Shown piece after piece: positions 49,851 to 62,721 of a stretch of 64,000 nt of DNA; the stretch's first letter is position 1; the number at the start of each line of letters is the position of its first letter. The position numbers and the translations under genes were made by a program. This DNA comes from Octopus vulgaris (Eukaryota), in assembly GCA_951406725.2 (NCBI GenBank), contig OX597819.1:83824001-83888000 (forward strand), written 5' to 3'. Under the pieces are notes generated by a model, which saw only the letters and a program-made list of their open reading frames with translations, made no database searches and was not told the DNA's origin.

Positions 49851-51286
49851 GCTCCATGACAATTAAAAACACTTCAAGGGTACTGGCAATTCATCTGTTA
49901 TGACGACGACGACGGTACCAGTTGATCCGTGAAATTAATGTGCAAGTGGCCGAGCACTCCACAGACACGAGTATCTCTTAAGGTAGTTCTTGGATTGATT
50001 CAAAGTGACAAAGAAGATGACAAAGCTGGCCCTTCGAATTACAGGTACTTCTCATTTTTGTCAGCTAAGTGGACTGGAGCAACGCGAAATAAAGCGTCTT
50101 GCTCAAGGACACGACGCGCCACCGGAAATGAAAATCACGACCTTACGCTCGTGAGCCGAAGATTCCCGACCATTAAGCCATTCGTCTTCGCCAAAGGTAG
50201 TACGCAGGTAGGAAACACTGTATTTTGAAAAGCTGCTTCTTCATCTTGCCTGAAACTTACAGCTGAATGATTTTCGTTAGAAGAAATCAAAAACAAGAAG
50301 ACAAGTTACGTGTTTTACGAATTCAATAACATTTTTTTTCTCTCTTTAAAATGTAATCTTGTTCAAAGCTATTAACGAAAAAACAAAAAATAACTCGTTT
50401 GATAGTTTTCTTTGACTTGACACTCAAAGCAGCAGAAAAGGTTAACTAGTGTTTAGAGTTCTAAAAATTTCCCAGTTTTACACAATTTTATTTATTCTTG
50501 ATTAAAGCTGTAAATCATTATTAACCTTAATTACTAAAATTGGTTGTTGGATGTGATCGGTTCCTTCTAATCATTCTATTCTGAGCTAAGAAAACTTTTC
50601 TTTTTCTTTAATTATTCCACGAGCGCTAAAATGAGTAAAAAGACATTGTAAGCTGAAAGCAAAAGGCAGTGCCAAGTTGGTGACATTACTATGATAATTT
50701 CACTGAATATTGAACTAGTAACAAAAGACGTTATTTATGGAAGGCGGAAGAATCGACCGAGTCGATTACAGTAGATTACTGATATGTATTTCTTTCAGAC
50801 ATCTTGAGATGAGAAGGTATGGAGGGCAAAGCGGACTAGCCGTGAACTGAAGTAATAATAATAAGAAGAAGAAGCAGAATACAAAAAAACTGGTACAAAT
50901 GTAAACATAGAACACCGCCAAAAATCAGCATTTCGCAGGGTTCTTGAAACATGACCAGTAAACAAGTGTCATCTTAATCTGCTGGTTGTGAACAGCTGAT
51001 ACTTTCTATCATACCCAGCAAAATAGGCTGAGAGTTTTCATCAAATCCCTCTAATAAAGGCACAAGGCCTAAATTTTTGTGGGAGTGGGCTAGTTAATTA
51101 CTTTGACTCTAGTACAAGACTGGTACTTAATTCATCGACCTCAAAAGTCGACTCGGCAGTATTTCAACACAGAATTTAAAAGCCGGGCGAGATGCTAATG
51201 ATTTTACCAACTCGCTGCCTTGATAATAAATAAATAAAATTAATTAATTAGTTAATTAAATAAATCGCCGTTCTATTGGGCTTTAC

Positions 51287-51625
51287 TATTCAAACTGATC
51301 GTGCAATTCAAGCCAATATGCCAGATATTGTGATAAAAAAAAAACGGACAAAACATTCCTGCTCATAGAAATGCCAATCTTAGTAGACTGCAAGACTTCT
51401 GTAAAAAAAAATTGAGAAGTTAAGTAAGTATAAGGACCTTGAAAAAGAGGTCTCAAAAAGTAGTATCCAGGAACAACGATTGTACCTATGATCACCGGAA
51501 CTTTGAGGACAATACCAAATGGTGCTCTTAAACACCGCGGCCAAATATCAGAAAACCCCAAGGTATCAGAACTACGTAAAATTGTTTTTATGGGTACTGC
51601 CCACTACCTAAGAAAAACATGGTCG
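51287..51625 (+). pseudogene. R4/Dong-like non-LTR retrotransposon RLE-domain fragment
   Basis: QTDRAIQANMPDIVI...EKLSKYKDLE...IVPMITGTL...KIVFMGTAHYLRK, read across frameshifts. Confidence 0.75.
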
Positions 51626-52435
51626 GCCAGAAAATACCTGATTCTCTTTCAAAACCAAAATGTTATAAATTTGACAGAATCTTAGTTCTCAGATTCTGGT
51701 CTCCTCTAACGATTCATCGTTGCTAATCATAAATAACACCCATAGTAAAACGTCCAGCTTGCTGTTAGTTGAGGTCTCTGAGCCAGACTTGGAAGAACTT
51801 GTCCATATCAAAGATTTTGGCCCAAGTTTTCGTTTGCCTCGGATAGATTTGTCGCGTTCACTAAAACCTATGCGTTCCCAGGCAGATCGACTCACAAGGA
51901 CCTCAGCCTTATACGAAACACCATAGCAAGGACGAGTATAGATTTTTGGCGGGTAGTAAGAGTCTTCGGTCAGCGTGGGTCAACTGAAACTGTTGATTAT
52001 CAGTATCTGGTGGCTATACAAAGTGCAGCCGGTTTCTGTTCGATGTTCAGGAACACCTGATCGATGGTGGAGATGAGTGACCATTTATCTGAACCGTTTG
52101 GAATCATTCATAGGATGTGGCTGTACCTTTGGCAGAGCCAGTCCTAGGGTTGCTAGCGCCCCAGGCAAGCTGAACTTCGGCGTGTACAAGCTGACGGTCG
52201 TGGAAATGTCCTTGTCTTTGTCACGCCCTCCTTGGCGCCCCCTAGCACACAGCGTCCCGAGCGACTGTCCGAGTTGCCGGTACCTTGGGCCGGCCTTGTC
52301 CTTTGGATTGTGTGTAACACGCACCATACTTCTTTCATCCTGCTGTCTACTATGATATCTTCCCAAAGATATAACTTCAAATATTGTTTATAGTTCACTG
52401 TGTACCAAAAATCCACAGCAATAATGACAAATATC

Positions 52436-52660
52436 TATTTCTTTATTGCCCACAAGGGGCTAAACACAGAGGGGACAAACAAGGACAGACAAACGGATTA
52501 AGTCGATTACATCGACTCCAGTGTGTAACTAGTATTTAATTTATCGACCCCGAAAGGATGAAAGGCAAAGTCGACCTCGGCGACTCAGAACGCAATGACA
52601 GACGAAATACTGCTAAGCATTTCGCCCGGCGTACTAACGTTTCCGCCAGCTCGCCGCCTT
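52436..52660 (-). mobile_element. SINE family B with 16-bp target-site duplication
   Basis: Inverted copy of 54014-54246. aataatgacaaatatc at 52420-52435 and 52661-52676. Confidence 0.9.
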
Positions 52661-53058
52661 AATAATGACAAATATCGTTACTGCTGTTATCTTCTCTGTG
52701 TTTGTATTTGTCTAATTTATCTGCACCATTCACGTCCATGGAATTACCAATGCTGATTTCACGGTGCCGCGTTAATCCCAATAAGATCTGTGACTTTTTT
52801 TTTTTAGAAATATTTTTTAAAGTTCATCTTTTATCTTTTATTTGTTTCAATCATTAGACTGCGGCCATGTTGGGGCACCGCCTTAAAGAACTCTTTAGTT
52901 GCATGTATCAATTCCAGTACTTATTTTTTTATTAAAGCCGGCACTTATTCCATCAGTCTCTTTTGCCGAACCGTTAAGTTACGAGGACGTGATCACACCT
53001 GCACCGGTTGCCAAGTGTGGTGGGGAGACAAACACAGACATAGCACACACACACACAC

Positions 53059-53112
<54 letters not shown>

Positions 53113-54013
53113 TAAAAATCATGTGGTTGGGAAACAAACTTCTTACCCCACATTTATTTTTTATTTATTTATTTTTTTTCTTTTAGTAGAGTAATATAAC
53201 TTGCTTCTTGATAGAAGACTGCTGCCGCCATTGCGAGTGTCATACTCTGACCACTTGTCTTATAAACGCTATGCTTTAAAAAATTATGAATGTTTCACAT
53301 CAAAATAAATGTTTTTAAATTGAAATATACAGTTTTTTTTTTCTATCTACGAAAGAGGAGGAAGCCAAAACATAACTCTAAAGATACAAAATGACGCTCG
53401 CTTCAAAATAGTTACTACCGTTCTGGCCCAGTTTTGTAGGAGCAGGATCAAAACACATCTGACTGTTTAGTGTTTTAAGAAGAATAACAATTTCAAAAAT
53501 AGGCACAAAGATAGACATTGTGTGCGTGTGAGTGGCGGGGGGGGGGGTTGTCTATTTAATTGTAAATTACTTAAATGGTACTCTGTTTTAGCAAACCCGA
53601 AAAGAGAAAAAGCAAAAATCAACATCAGCAGGGTTTAAACAGAAAATATCAAGGAACGTAAAGAAATACTTGGAAAGCATTATATGAATGAATTGTAGTG
53701 TTTCACTTTATGTTTGGAACTGTAGCTTTGGGAAATATGACTGTAATATCGATTAACAAAAAAAAACTACACTAAATTATGAGAAGTTTTCACGTATTGT
53801 GATGTAGTGTGTTGAAAAGTTACGATTAACCGAAATAATTATCCATGCAATTAGTAGACAAAAATTTGTAAAGTTGTTTACAATCTAAAAACATCAAGGG
53901 AGATAACCCTAATGATATTATCCATTTAAATTTTATATAAAAGACACAGTGGACCTATTTTAATGCAAACAGGTGATAGTAACGGACATTTTCTGATCTC
54001 ATATCTGAACAAA

Positions 54014-54246
54014 AAGGCGGCGAGCTGGCAGAAACGTTAGCACGCCGGGCGAAATGCGTAGCCGTATTTCGTCTGCCGTTACGTTCTGGGTTCAAATTCC
54101 ACCGAGGTCGACTTTACCTTTCATCCTTTCGGGGTCGATAAATTAAGTACCAGTTACGCACTGGGGTCGATGTAATCGACTTAATCCGTTTGTCTGTCCT
54201 TGTTTTCCCCCTCTGTGTTTAGCCCCTTGTGGGTAGTAAAGAAATA
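54014..54246 (+). mobile_element. Full-length SINE family B, followed by an older related copy to ~54430
   Basis: aaggcggcgagctggcagaaacgttagc...ggttcaaattcc...ctttcatcctttcggggtcgataaattaagtacc...gtgggtagtaaagaaata. Confidence 0.88.
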
Positions 54247-56689
54247 TATATTTCTTCCGTCACTTTTCGTTTTAAGTTCAAATGCCGCTGAGGCCAACTT
54301 TTGCCTTTCATCCTCTCGAGGTTGATGAAATAAGAACCAGTCGAACACTAGAGTTCAACTCTAGTGTAATCGACTAGCCACCCACCCCCCTTCAAAATTT
54401 CAGGCCCTATACCTATATTAGAAAGAATTATATCCGAGCAAAGCATGATGAGCTCCTTGAGTAAAACACAGGAATGGTCAGCACATTATTGCTTTTTTTT
54501 ATTAATACTGGATTAAAGGAAAGACAAAAACTAACCAAGTCATATTTGAATTCAAGGATGCAAGACTTCAAGCCGAACGAATATCACCAAATGTTTCTCT
54601 TTGCCTGTTCTATAGCCTCCTTTCAATTTCTGAATATACATTTTTTTCCCTTTGACAAGGAAGTACAAGATATTGCATGAAATATGTTCAAGAGTGAAAG
54701 GATAAGTTAGGAAGTAGACGGAAATCAGATTATCAGATTATCGTTCACCCCAGATGAATACTGATCAAGTCAGGATTCTACGCATTCTTGGCGTGACCAT
54801 TTCACCTCCCACCTTTATTTTTCTTTCTTTTCATTACTGGTGCTCTCTTTCTTTTTAAGATGATGGATTAATTTGCGGTGAGATTTGGTTGCTATCTCTT
54901 GATTGGATCCAGAAAAAAGGTCACAAAAAAAATCACAGAAAAAGAGTCACTGAAAAAAACATTTACTGGAAAAAAATCACTGTAAAAATATGTTTGTTGC
55001 CTCGGAAGAACCAGAAGACTATGGCAAAGTTTCTTCATGGCGTCGGCTGGAATATTCGTTTTAGTGATCAATTAACATTAAATATACTAAATATACATGT
55101 AATGTTACGATACTATGTAAAATGTTTTCAGGCCGTACATCTCATTTATTGTCAATAAATGACTGACTTAATTTTTGTTTTTTCATCATCTTATTTTGCT
55201 TATGAAAATGAATAATTTTTTTTTTCACATATGTGTAATACCATCATATGTAGTGTACAAGTCAAGTGTCGTCAGTTAATAACTGACTTAAAAGTACATT
55301 TTATTACTTTAATTGTTTATAGTATTTATATATAATAGGGCATTTTTTCCTCGCAAAAATTACGAGTATTTTTCCGGACACTGAGCGATTATGTAAAAGG
55401 ATCTTCCGTCATTTCGAAGAAATCGGATCAGCGTAATGATTTCATGGAAAATCTAAATAGTAGAAATAACAGCATACGGAAGCTAATAGTTGAGTCATAA
55501 CAAGCAATACTTACTTTTCTAACTTATGTCTGAAAAACTTTGGAGTTCCGCTTATAAAATATCCTGTAAGAGTTACACAGAATTTTACGTAAGATAAATG
55601 CACAGAGAAATTAAATAACATGGTGGGAACAATCTTAGTCCAAACTTCAAATTCATCTATATTTTTCATAGCAAAATAATTTGTTACACTTTATGAAGTT
55701 CTATAATTACCAATACAGACATATATCTAGTTTCATCGGATTCTATTTGATTTATACCTGTAATGATTTGCCTCAAGTTAATCGATGACACAGCCGTCGC
55801 CGCCACCGTCGTCTTTCAACACAGAGCCGACCTGTGATCAAAAGCGCTTCGACTGTAACCATTTCTTCATTTTAAGGTCATGTACAACTACATTATCCAC
55901 TGTGGCCTTTCCCAAGTTAAGTTGGTTGGGTGTGATTTCAGTGGAATTTGGTTGTTATTTCTAAAAAGTCGAGAAAGCCAGAAAAAGCAATCTCTATCTA
56001 ACGTGGTTATTCAAACTACCAAAAATATCAAACATATCTTCCCCCAAATTACATCCCTCATCGTCTTATAAAAAGACACGTTGGGTAATGTTGGCTCGGA
56101 TTCCCTGCTCACATGGAAAAATGAGATAGTCACAGCTGGATTATCCTTGATCAGCTGAACTGAAGATGATACTAACTTTCCTTTGTTGACTTGTTCGCGA
56201 CAATAGCAGATGCTTCTTGCTGTTGGTTTGTCCTGATTGAACAGACAATGACAATAACTGAACATCCGTCACTTATTCAAATGTAGTTTATCTGGGACAT
56301 TATCTTGTGTAGCCTTCCTTCTTATTTTTCATTTTATTTTATTTTTTAAATAGTAGGTTGTGGTTTGAAGGAAAATTGGTTGCTGTTTCTAGGCAAAGCG
56401 GTCGATAGATCGATCGACACCACAGAGAGCAGTGGTTCTTCACCTTTTTGTCTTTTACTTGTTTCAGTCATTGGACTGCAGCCATACTGGGATACCGCCT
56501 TGAAGGGCTTAGTCGAACAAATCGACAAAATTATTTTTCTTTTAAAGTCTGGTACTTATTCTGTCAATTATGTTAAGTGGTCAAGAAGCTTGCTCTGCGA
56601 CCACGTAGTTCCGAGTTCAGTCCCATTCCGTAGCACCTTGGACAAGTTTGTTTTTTAAATACCTTGTGAGTGAATTTGGTAGATGTATA

Positions 56690-56928
56690 TATGTCATTGT
56701 TCAGTTTTATTTCAAGATTTCTTGCCAATAGAGAAAGAGGCCGGTTTCTAACCTAGATTCAAGGCTCCTTCATTGGAATTTCAACATCAACAACAGAGTG
56801 AGTGAGTGAGTGAGTATGTATGTATGTATGTATGTATGTATGTATGTATGTATGTATGTATGTATGTATGTATGTATGTATGTATGTATGTATGTATGTA
56901 TGTATGTATGTATGTATGTATGTATGTA

Positions 56929-56991
<63 letters not shown>

Positions 56992-57268
56992 ATGTACAGA
57001 TTTGTATGTAGTCTCATGCATATAGTTACATATCTAAACATGCTCATATATATTTAAATGATAAACTTCTGGAAAGTTTTACAGATTTTTACAATTCCAG
57101 TGATGGATTAGATCTGTAGTCTTCGAATTAGCTTTCCCCTTTCTAGTTTTGAGAAGCTTAATTTCTCAAAATAGGTATTTAGGCAGTGTGTTACATATCC
57201 CAGGGCCCCAATAATTACAAGTATAAACCTGAACTTGTAATCTGGATAGAGTAACTGCATATTTCTCG
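56690..57268 (-). pseudogene. 3' end of an R4/Dong-like non-LTR element with a microsatellite-bearing 3' UTR
   Basis: Minus strand RNMQLLYPDYKFRFILVIIGALGYV...LIRRLQI; the IIGALG motif is typical of RLE C-termini. Confidence 0.6.
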
Positions 57269-58499
57269 ATGTATGTATGTATGTATGTATGTATGTATGT
57301 ATGTATGTAGGTAGGTAGGTAGGTAGGTAGGTAGGTAGGTAGGTAATTGTGTGTGTGTTTGTTGTCATTTGCTTGAAACCAGTATTGGCTTGTAACTTAG
57401 CAGTTCGGTAAAAAGAGGACAATACAATAAGCATAAGTCTTTTAAAAATAAGTACTCGGATCGATCTGTTTGGCTAAAACTCTTCAAGTCGATGTTCCAG
57501 TCTGGTTGCAGTCCAATGATGGAAACAAGTATAAAAAAAAAAGAAAAAGTAAATTGCTCACGGAATCGAAACCGGAAGCTCATTATTGCAATTTGAACTT
57601 CTTAACCATTTGACGATCGTGTGCCTGCGAGAATTAATTTGGGAAAATAAATGAGCAGCAATTATGTTTCTTGTGAGAACTTACTTTTATTTTCCTCTTT
57701 TTCCTTTCTTTTTTTGCATTCTTGGCCACAGTTTCATACCTACGAGTTTGTTGACAGTGAAGCTACATAAGTTCCAAGATTCCTTTTGGAGATCTGTTAA
57801 TTCTTCAAGTTGGTTTGGATAGATAAAATGTGTTTAAGGAAAAAAAACCGAATTTATAGCTCACTATTATCTTTTAGTTTTTCCTTGTTTCGGTCACTGG
57901 ATTGCGATCATACTGGAGCACTGCCTCGAAGTGTTTAGTCAAGCAAATCAATCCCGACTACTAATTTCTTTTAAGCCTGGTACTTATCCTATCGATGTCT
58001 TTTGCCGATCCGCTAGGTTTCGGAGACGTAAACAGACCAACACGACTTATCAAGCAGTGATGGGTGATTAAATACAAACACACACACGTTGAAGATATTA
58101 GAACGATGAATGTAGTCAATCCTTTCGTTTTCTTATTCATTACACATTTTCTTATCACACAATTTCAAATTCCAGAATAGTGTCATAGACAGATTCGCTT
58201 AGAAAACCATTTAACATCGGTTGTGTAGTAAATTCTCGTCAAAGTTTCAGATAAATACGAATACTCAGAGTTGAAGTTTTGATCTTATTCACTGCTTGAT
58301 ACGCCTACTAGATACAACATGCAAATCTCCCATAAACCGTTCCTTGTGTTTTGTGGATGCATACATGTATAAGTCACAAAGATAGACCGCTTTTTTGTAG
58401 CACAATCTTCAAGAAATATTAATCAAATCGTCCCCAAAATATATCAAACTATCGTATTTTATGTGTTTGCCTCTGTTTGACATTTCTACCAGGGAGAAT

Positions 58500-58900
58500 T
58501 ATTTTTATTTGCTGGATCAGGACGTATGAAAGTGAGGTCGTTTATGTTCCTCTTGGACGTTTTTGCAAGTCAGCACCTGCCGGCAAGACATGACCGAGGA
58601 ATAAATTTCAGAAGACTGACGATCTGGGAAACAAGGTCTCGAAGAGTGATTTATGCAAGGTATTGGACACATCAAACTTCATGAGAGAGGTAAAGATTAG
58701 TGGGACGGTAATGTGTGATCAGAGCCAATATGAGCCGAGTCAGCTCTAGGGAGTTGAGGCAATTATTGTATCGGCAGAAAAGGTAGAAAGGGCAAACAGT
58801 TCGTTAATGTCTGTAAGTGACTTATGTCAGTTGGTTAGCCCTTTTCTGGATGTGATCTAGAATATCTATGAGTTAAGCAACAGCACCGTTCTAAGTGTGA
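58500..58900 (-). pseudogene. Possible LINE AP-endonuclease remnant
   Basis: Minus-strand HIGSDH (~58715-58733). Otherwise decayed. Confidence 0.3.
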
Positions 58901-60339
58901 AAGTCATTCTCAATTGTGAGCCTATCTATGCTTTGTAGAATATCAATAATTGTTGTAGGTTGCTGAGGTATCATCTGGCTCTGAAAAAAAGGATCAGTTG
59001 TTGGAATGAGAACCTGACTATGTTAAGGATATGATTTCAGGGCCCCTCATATATTCACAAACCCTTTTTTGACTTTCCGGGCCCCAGACCAATATGCCAG
59101 CTGAACCTGTTCCTTATAGGTCCTGGCGATAACCACAATAACAATATTTACATAAAAACTTTTATCTTAATGAAGAGCTAACGGTTGAGAAAATCTTCTG
59201 CACCCAGGGTTGGCTGTGTGATGAGTTTGCTTTCCAACCATATATTTCTGGGTTCAGTCCCACTGCACGGTACTTTGGACGAGTGTCTTTACTATAGCCC
59301 CGGGGATGACGAATGCCTTGTGAGTGGATTTGGTAGACGGAAACTGAAAAAAGCCCGTTATATATATATGTGTATGTATGTGTGTGTGTGCACGCACGTC
59401 TTTGTGTTTATTCCTCACCACTACTTGACAACTGGTTTTCGGTTATGTCCCCCGTAACTTAACAGTTCAGCAAAAAGACGTCGACAAAATAAGTACCAGG
59501 CTTTACAAAATAAGTAATGGGGTCGATCTGTTCGACTAAATCCTTCAAGATGGTGCCCCAGCATGGCTGCAGTCCAGTGACTGACCGAATGCTGTCGGAA
59601 ATGAACCGAAAAATATTTCTTTTGTGCTGATTTAGTACAAAATAACTGATTGCATGGTGAAGAGACAGGCCTTAAGAATGGACATGTAGAAAATGAGCAT
59701 TTCAGAATAACTGGGAAAATTGATAAAAACAATTTCGTTATTCATTCTTTAATAATAATTACTTTATACTTTATTATGCAGAATAATTATATCTGTTATA
59801 GTGTTGCAGCTGAAAAGTTAAATCAATGCTTATACAGGCAAAAAAAAAAAAAAAAAAAAAGACGCGATAGCTTATAACTCTATCACAGTGGCTGACCAGG
59901 GCCAAACAATAGCACATCATTTTACTGTCTGCACTTATTATTTTAAAAGAAAATTCAGTGACATTATCGTGATTTATATTATTCATTATTAACATGAAAT
60001 TTGAAGACATTATTAAAAAAAAAAAATAGACATTTACGTTTATTAAACTACAATAAAGAACGGAGGTATTCGATAATGAAAACATTAACGAACGAAAGTA
60101 TTCAATTGTAAAACATCAGAGCCAATTCTTAACGTTTTCCCATTTATGCTATTAACTTTACAATAAATGTTTATATTAGCCATTATTTAAAAAAATACTA
60201 ATCCATTGGATGATGTAAAAATCATTCAGCAACTCTAAAATAAAAATTTCTTAATTGCATCACAAAATATCTCTGATGACAAACAAGCTGGTTGCAGCAT
60301 AACAACTTGAAACAAAATAAAATTAAATGAAAGTGGGTA

Positions 60340-60925
60340 AGACTTCCTTTTTGTACACCCACCCCCAAACATCCCTTTTTTTTTATTTAATTTTTTTTTT
60401 TCTACACAGACCCCCGTTTTCGGCTCCGGCGAATACGAATCTGCAAAAAAATTGGCAAAAATCGACATTTTGAAATTACCCCTTCCCCTAAATTCTTCAT
60501 TTTAAACTTTTTTTAGAATTTTTTTTTCTTCAAAATATGCGGAAAATATGGAGATTATGAGTCTGAAAAAAAATTTCCAAATTTTTTTTTTTTTGTCAAA
60601 ATATGCGGGGAAAATACAGAGATTATGATTCTGAAAAAAATTTCTAAAAATTTTTTTACTTAGGGTTAGGGTTTTAGGGTTACGGTTACGGTTAGGGTTT
60701 TAGGATTAGGGTTAGGGTTGGGGTTTTAGGGTTACGGTTACGGAAAAAGTGGAAAATGAAGAAATTAGGGCGGAAGGGGATAAGGGGGGGTCAACAAATT
60801 TCAAAATTCCGATTTTTGGCAATTTTCCGGAATCTCCTTATCCAAAAATGTGGGTTTTGGCAACAAAAAATTTTTTTAAACAATAATTTGTGAGAAAATG
60901 GGGGAGGACGGGAGGAAGTTTTTCT
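60340..60925. mobile_element. Inverted-repeat element carrying internal telomere-like repeats
   Basis: aaattggcaaaaatcg...ttttgaaatt pairs with aatttcaaaa...cgatttttggcaattt, and cctaaattcttcatttt with aaaatgaagaaattagg. TTAGGG/TTACGG array at 60660-60743. Confidence 0.65.
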
Positions 60926-61716
60926 TAAAAGCGATACCTGGTATAGTTGCTTTCAAATAGATTCAAGTGTCCACCTCACTGTCTATTATCGTTCACCGAT
61001 GACAAACAAGCTTTTTGCCTTCAAACAATAAAGAGATGTTCACAGCGCACCCCAGTAACAGTTTACCAACTTCACTGAGAAACATTGACATAGAGCAGAC
61101 ATAAGCAAACTTTTTAGAGAAACGGGCCGCATGAGACATCGATCATTATCAGATGGACTGCATTACTAAAAAAGATTCAAGGTAATTTTTCGTTAAGCAC
61201 GCCATTCAGAAAGCCCCGAGTGCCGCAGTTTTTCCATGGCTGACGTAGAGGTTCCCTAGTTGGATCTTAGACAACAAAAGATGCTACCGCCAATGTTCCC
61301 TCTAATTTTGTACCGCGCAGAAATTTGCATTGTGTGCTTACAACTCAAGTTTTGTCTTTTTCAAAGTATGTTCGCATGTCGTCCCTTCAATAACTGCTTC
61401 ATTAAAAAAATAATAATAAATTCGGTTTTATCTCGAAAACTTTGTGCGCGTGCATTTTTCTTTTCCTGATCGTAAAACGTGTGCGCGCACAGCTTAGATA
61501 GAATACTGGTTACCACTGTTCATAAACCATGAAGAATCAAGCCTATGAGCAAAAACCTTCAAGTCTAGAACATCGCGTTTTTTTTTTTTTGTTTTGTTTT
61601 TTTGGAGGGTTAAATTTCTTTCTGAGGCATAGTGTACTCTGAACAATATCCAACTGTCACTGTTTTTTTTTTTAACCAGTTGTGTGTACAGATCTATATT
61701 TAAGAGATGAGGAATT

Positions 61717-62073
61717 ATGTACATTATTTACATTCGACAAATATTTGTCCTCATCTTGTTTGTTGTCAACACAACGTTTCTGCTGATATACCCTCCAGCC
61801 TTCTTCATGTGTCTTGGGGAAATTTCAAACCTGGGTTCTCATTCCTAAAGTATTTTTCGATGTTATTATTATTATTATTATTGTTGTTGTTATTGTTGTT
61901 GTTGTTGTTGTTGTTAGTGTTCAGGTCACTGCTTGGAATCGAACTCGGAATCTTGGGGTTAGTAGCCCGCGCTCTTAGCCACTACGCCATATGCCCGTGG
62001 GCATATGGCATAGCAGTTAACAAACAAGATTAGGACAAATATCCGTCGAATGTACATAATGTAAATAATGTAC
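61717..62073. mobile_element. Penelope-like remnant with inverted ends and a minus-strand minimal hammerhead (61769-61812)
   Basis: 61719-61764 is inverted at 62019-62073. Minus strand reads acac-aTGAAGA-aggctg(gagggtatat)cagca-GAAA-cg-TT-gtgt. Confidence 0.6.
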
Positions 62074-62681
62074 AGCTGTGTGTAGTTGGAAGGAAATTTG
62101 GCTGCTAATTGAAGCAGATCGAACGGCCAGAAAGCTTAATACAGCAGGGAAAAGATTAGCTGCAGAAGTTCTATATTGCCCGTCATGTTTATAGTTATTT
62201 AGTACCGTATTTTCGGATATACAGGTCAAAGCGTAAACATGTAGTGTTAACATTCAAACATCCTTGCTATCTGACCAAATCCTATTGCATTTCACATGGA
62301 ATTTTGGGTCCTCCAAAGTAATCCTTGGGTATAAGTCGGCCTACCTCTTTTGGCTGTGAATTTTAGTTTGAAAATTTCGAATTGTATTCCGGAAAATACG
62401 ATAAAATCTGGAACACGAGGGTACAGGTTATGGGTCTGTGGCAGCAACAATCAATCCATAAAAAAGTTAGTTCATACAAGAGACGGGTAACACTGTTTTA
62501 GCAAGCTTTCAATAAAATATCTGCTTTAAGTATGATATATGTATTGCTATTTTGAACTAATACTGCTTCCGCCACCAATAACAAAAATTTTAATTCAGCC
62601 TGCCGGTTAAATACAACGTCATTGACTTTTCTATCACTGTTTAAGTACAACAGTTAGCGACCGATTTTCGCTTAGCATGGG

Positions 62682-62721
62682 TGCTTCTGACGAAGCTCGA
62701 AGCAGAAATACGTATTTAGCA
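62682..62721 (+). ncRNA. Minimal type I hammerhead motif with canonical core
   Basis: tgctt-CTGACGA-a-gct(cga)agc-a-GAAA-t(acgt)a-TT-tagca. Lies between ~55-bp direct repeats at ~62517-62573 and ~62852-62908. Confidence 0.6.

Noticed and set aside
56735-56782. Minus-strand ccAATGA...GAAACCGG hammerhead-like motif
   Set aside because: Two core substitutions including G5, no UH site and no good stem I.
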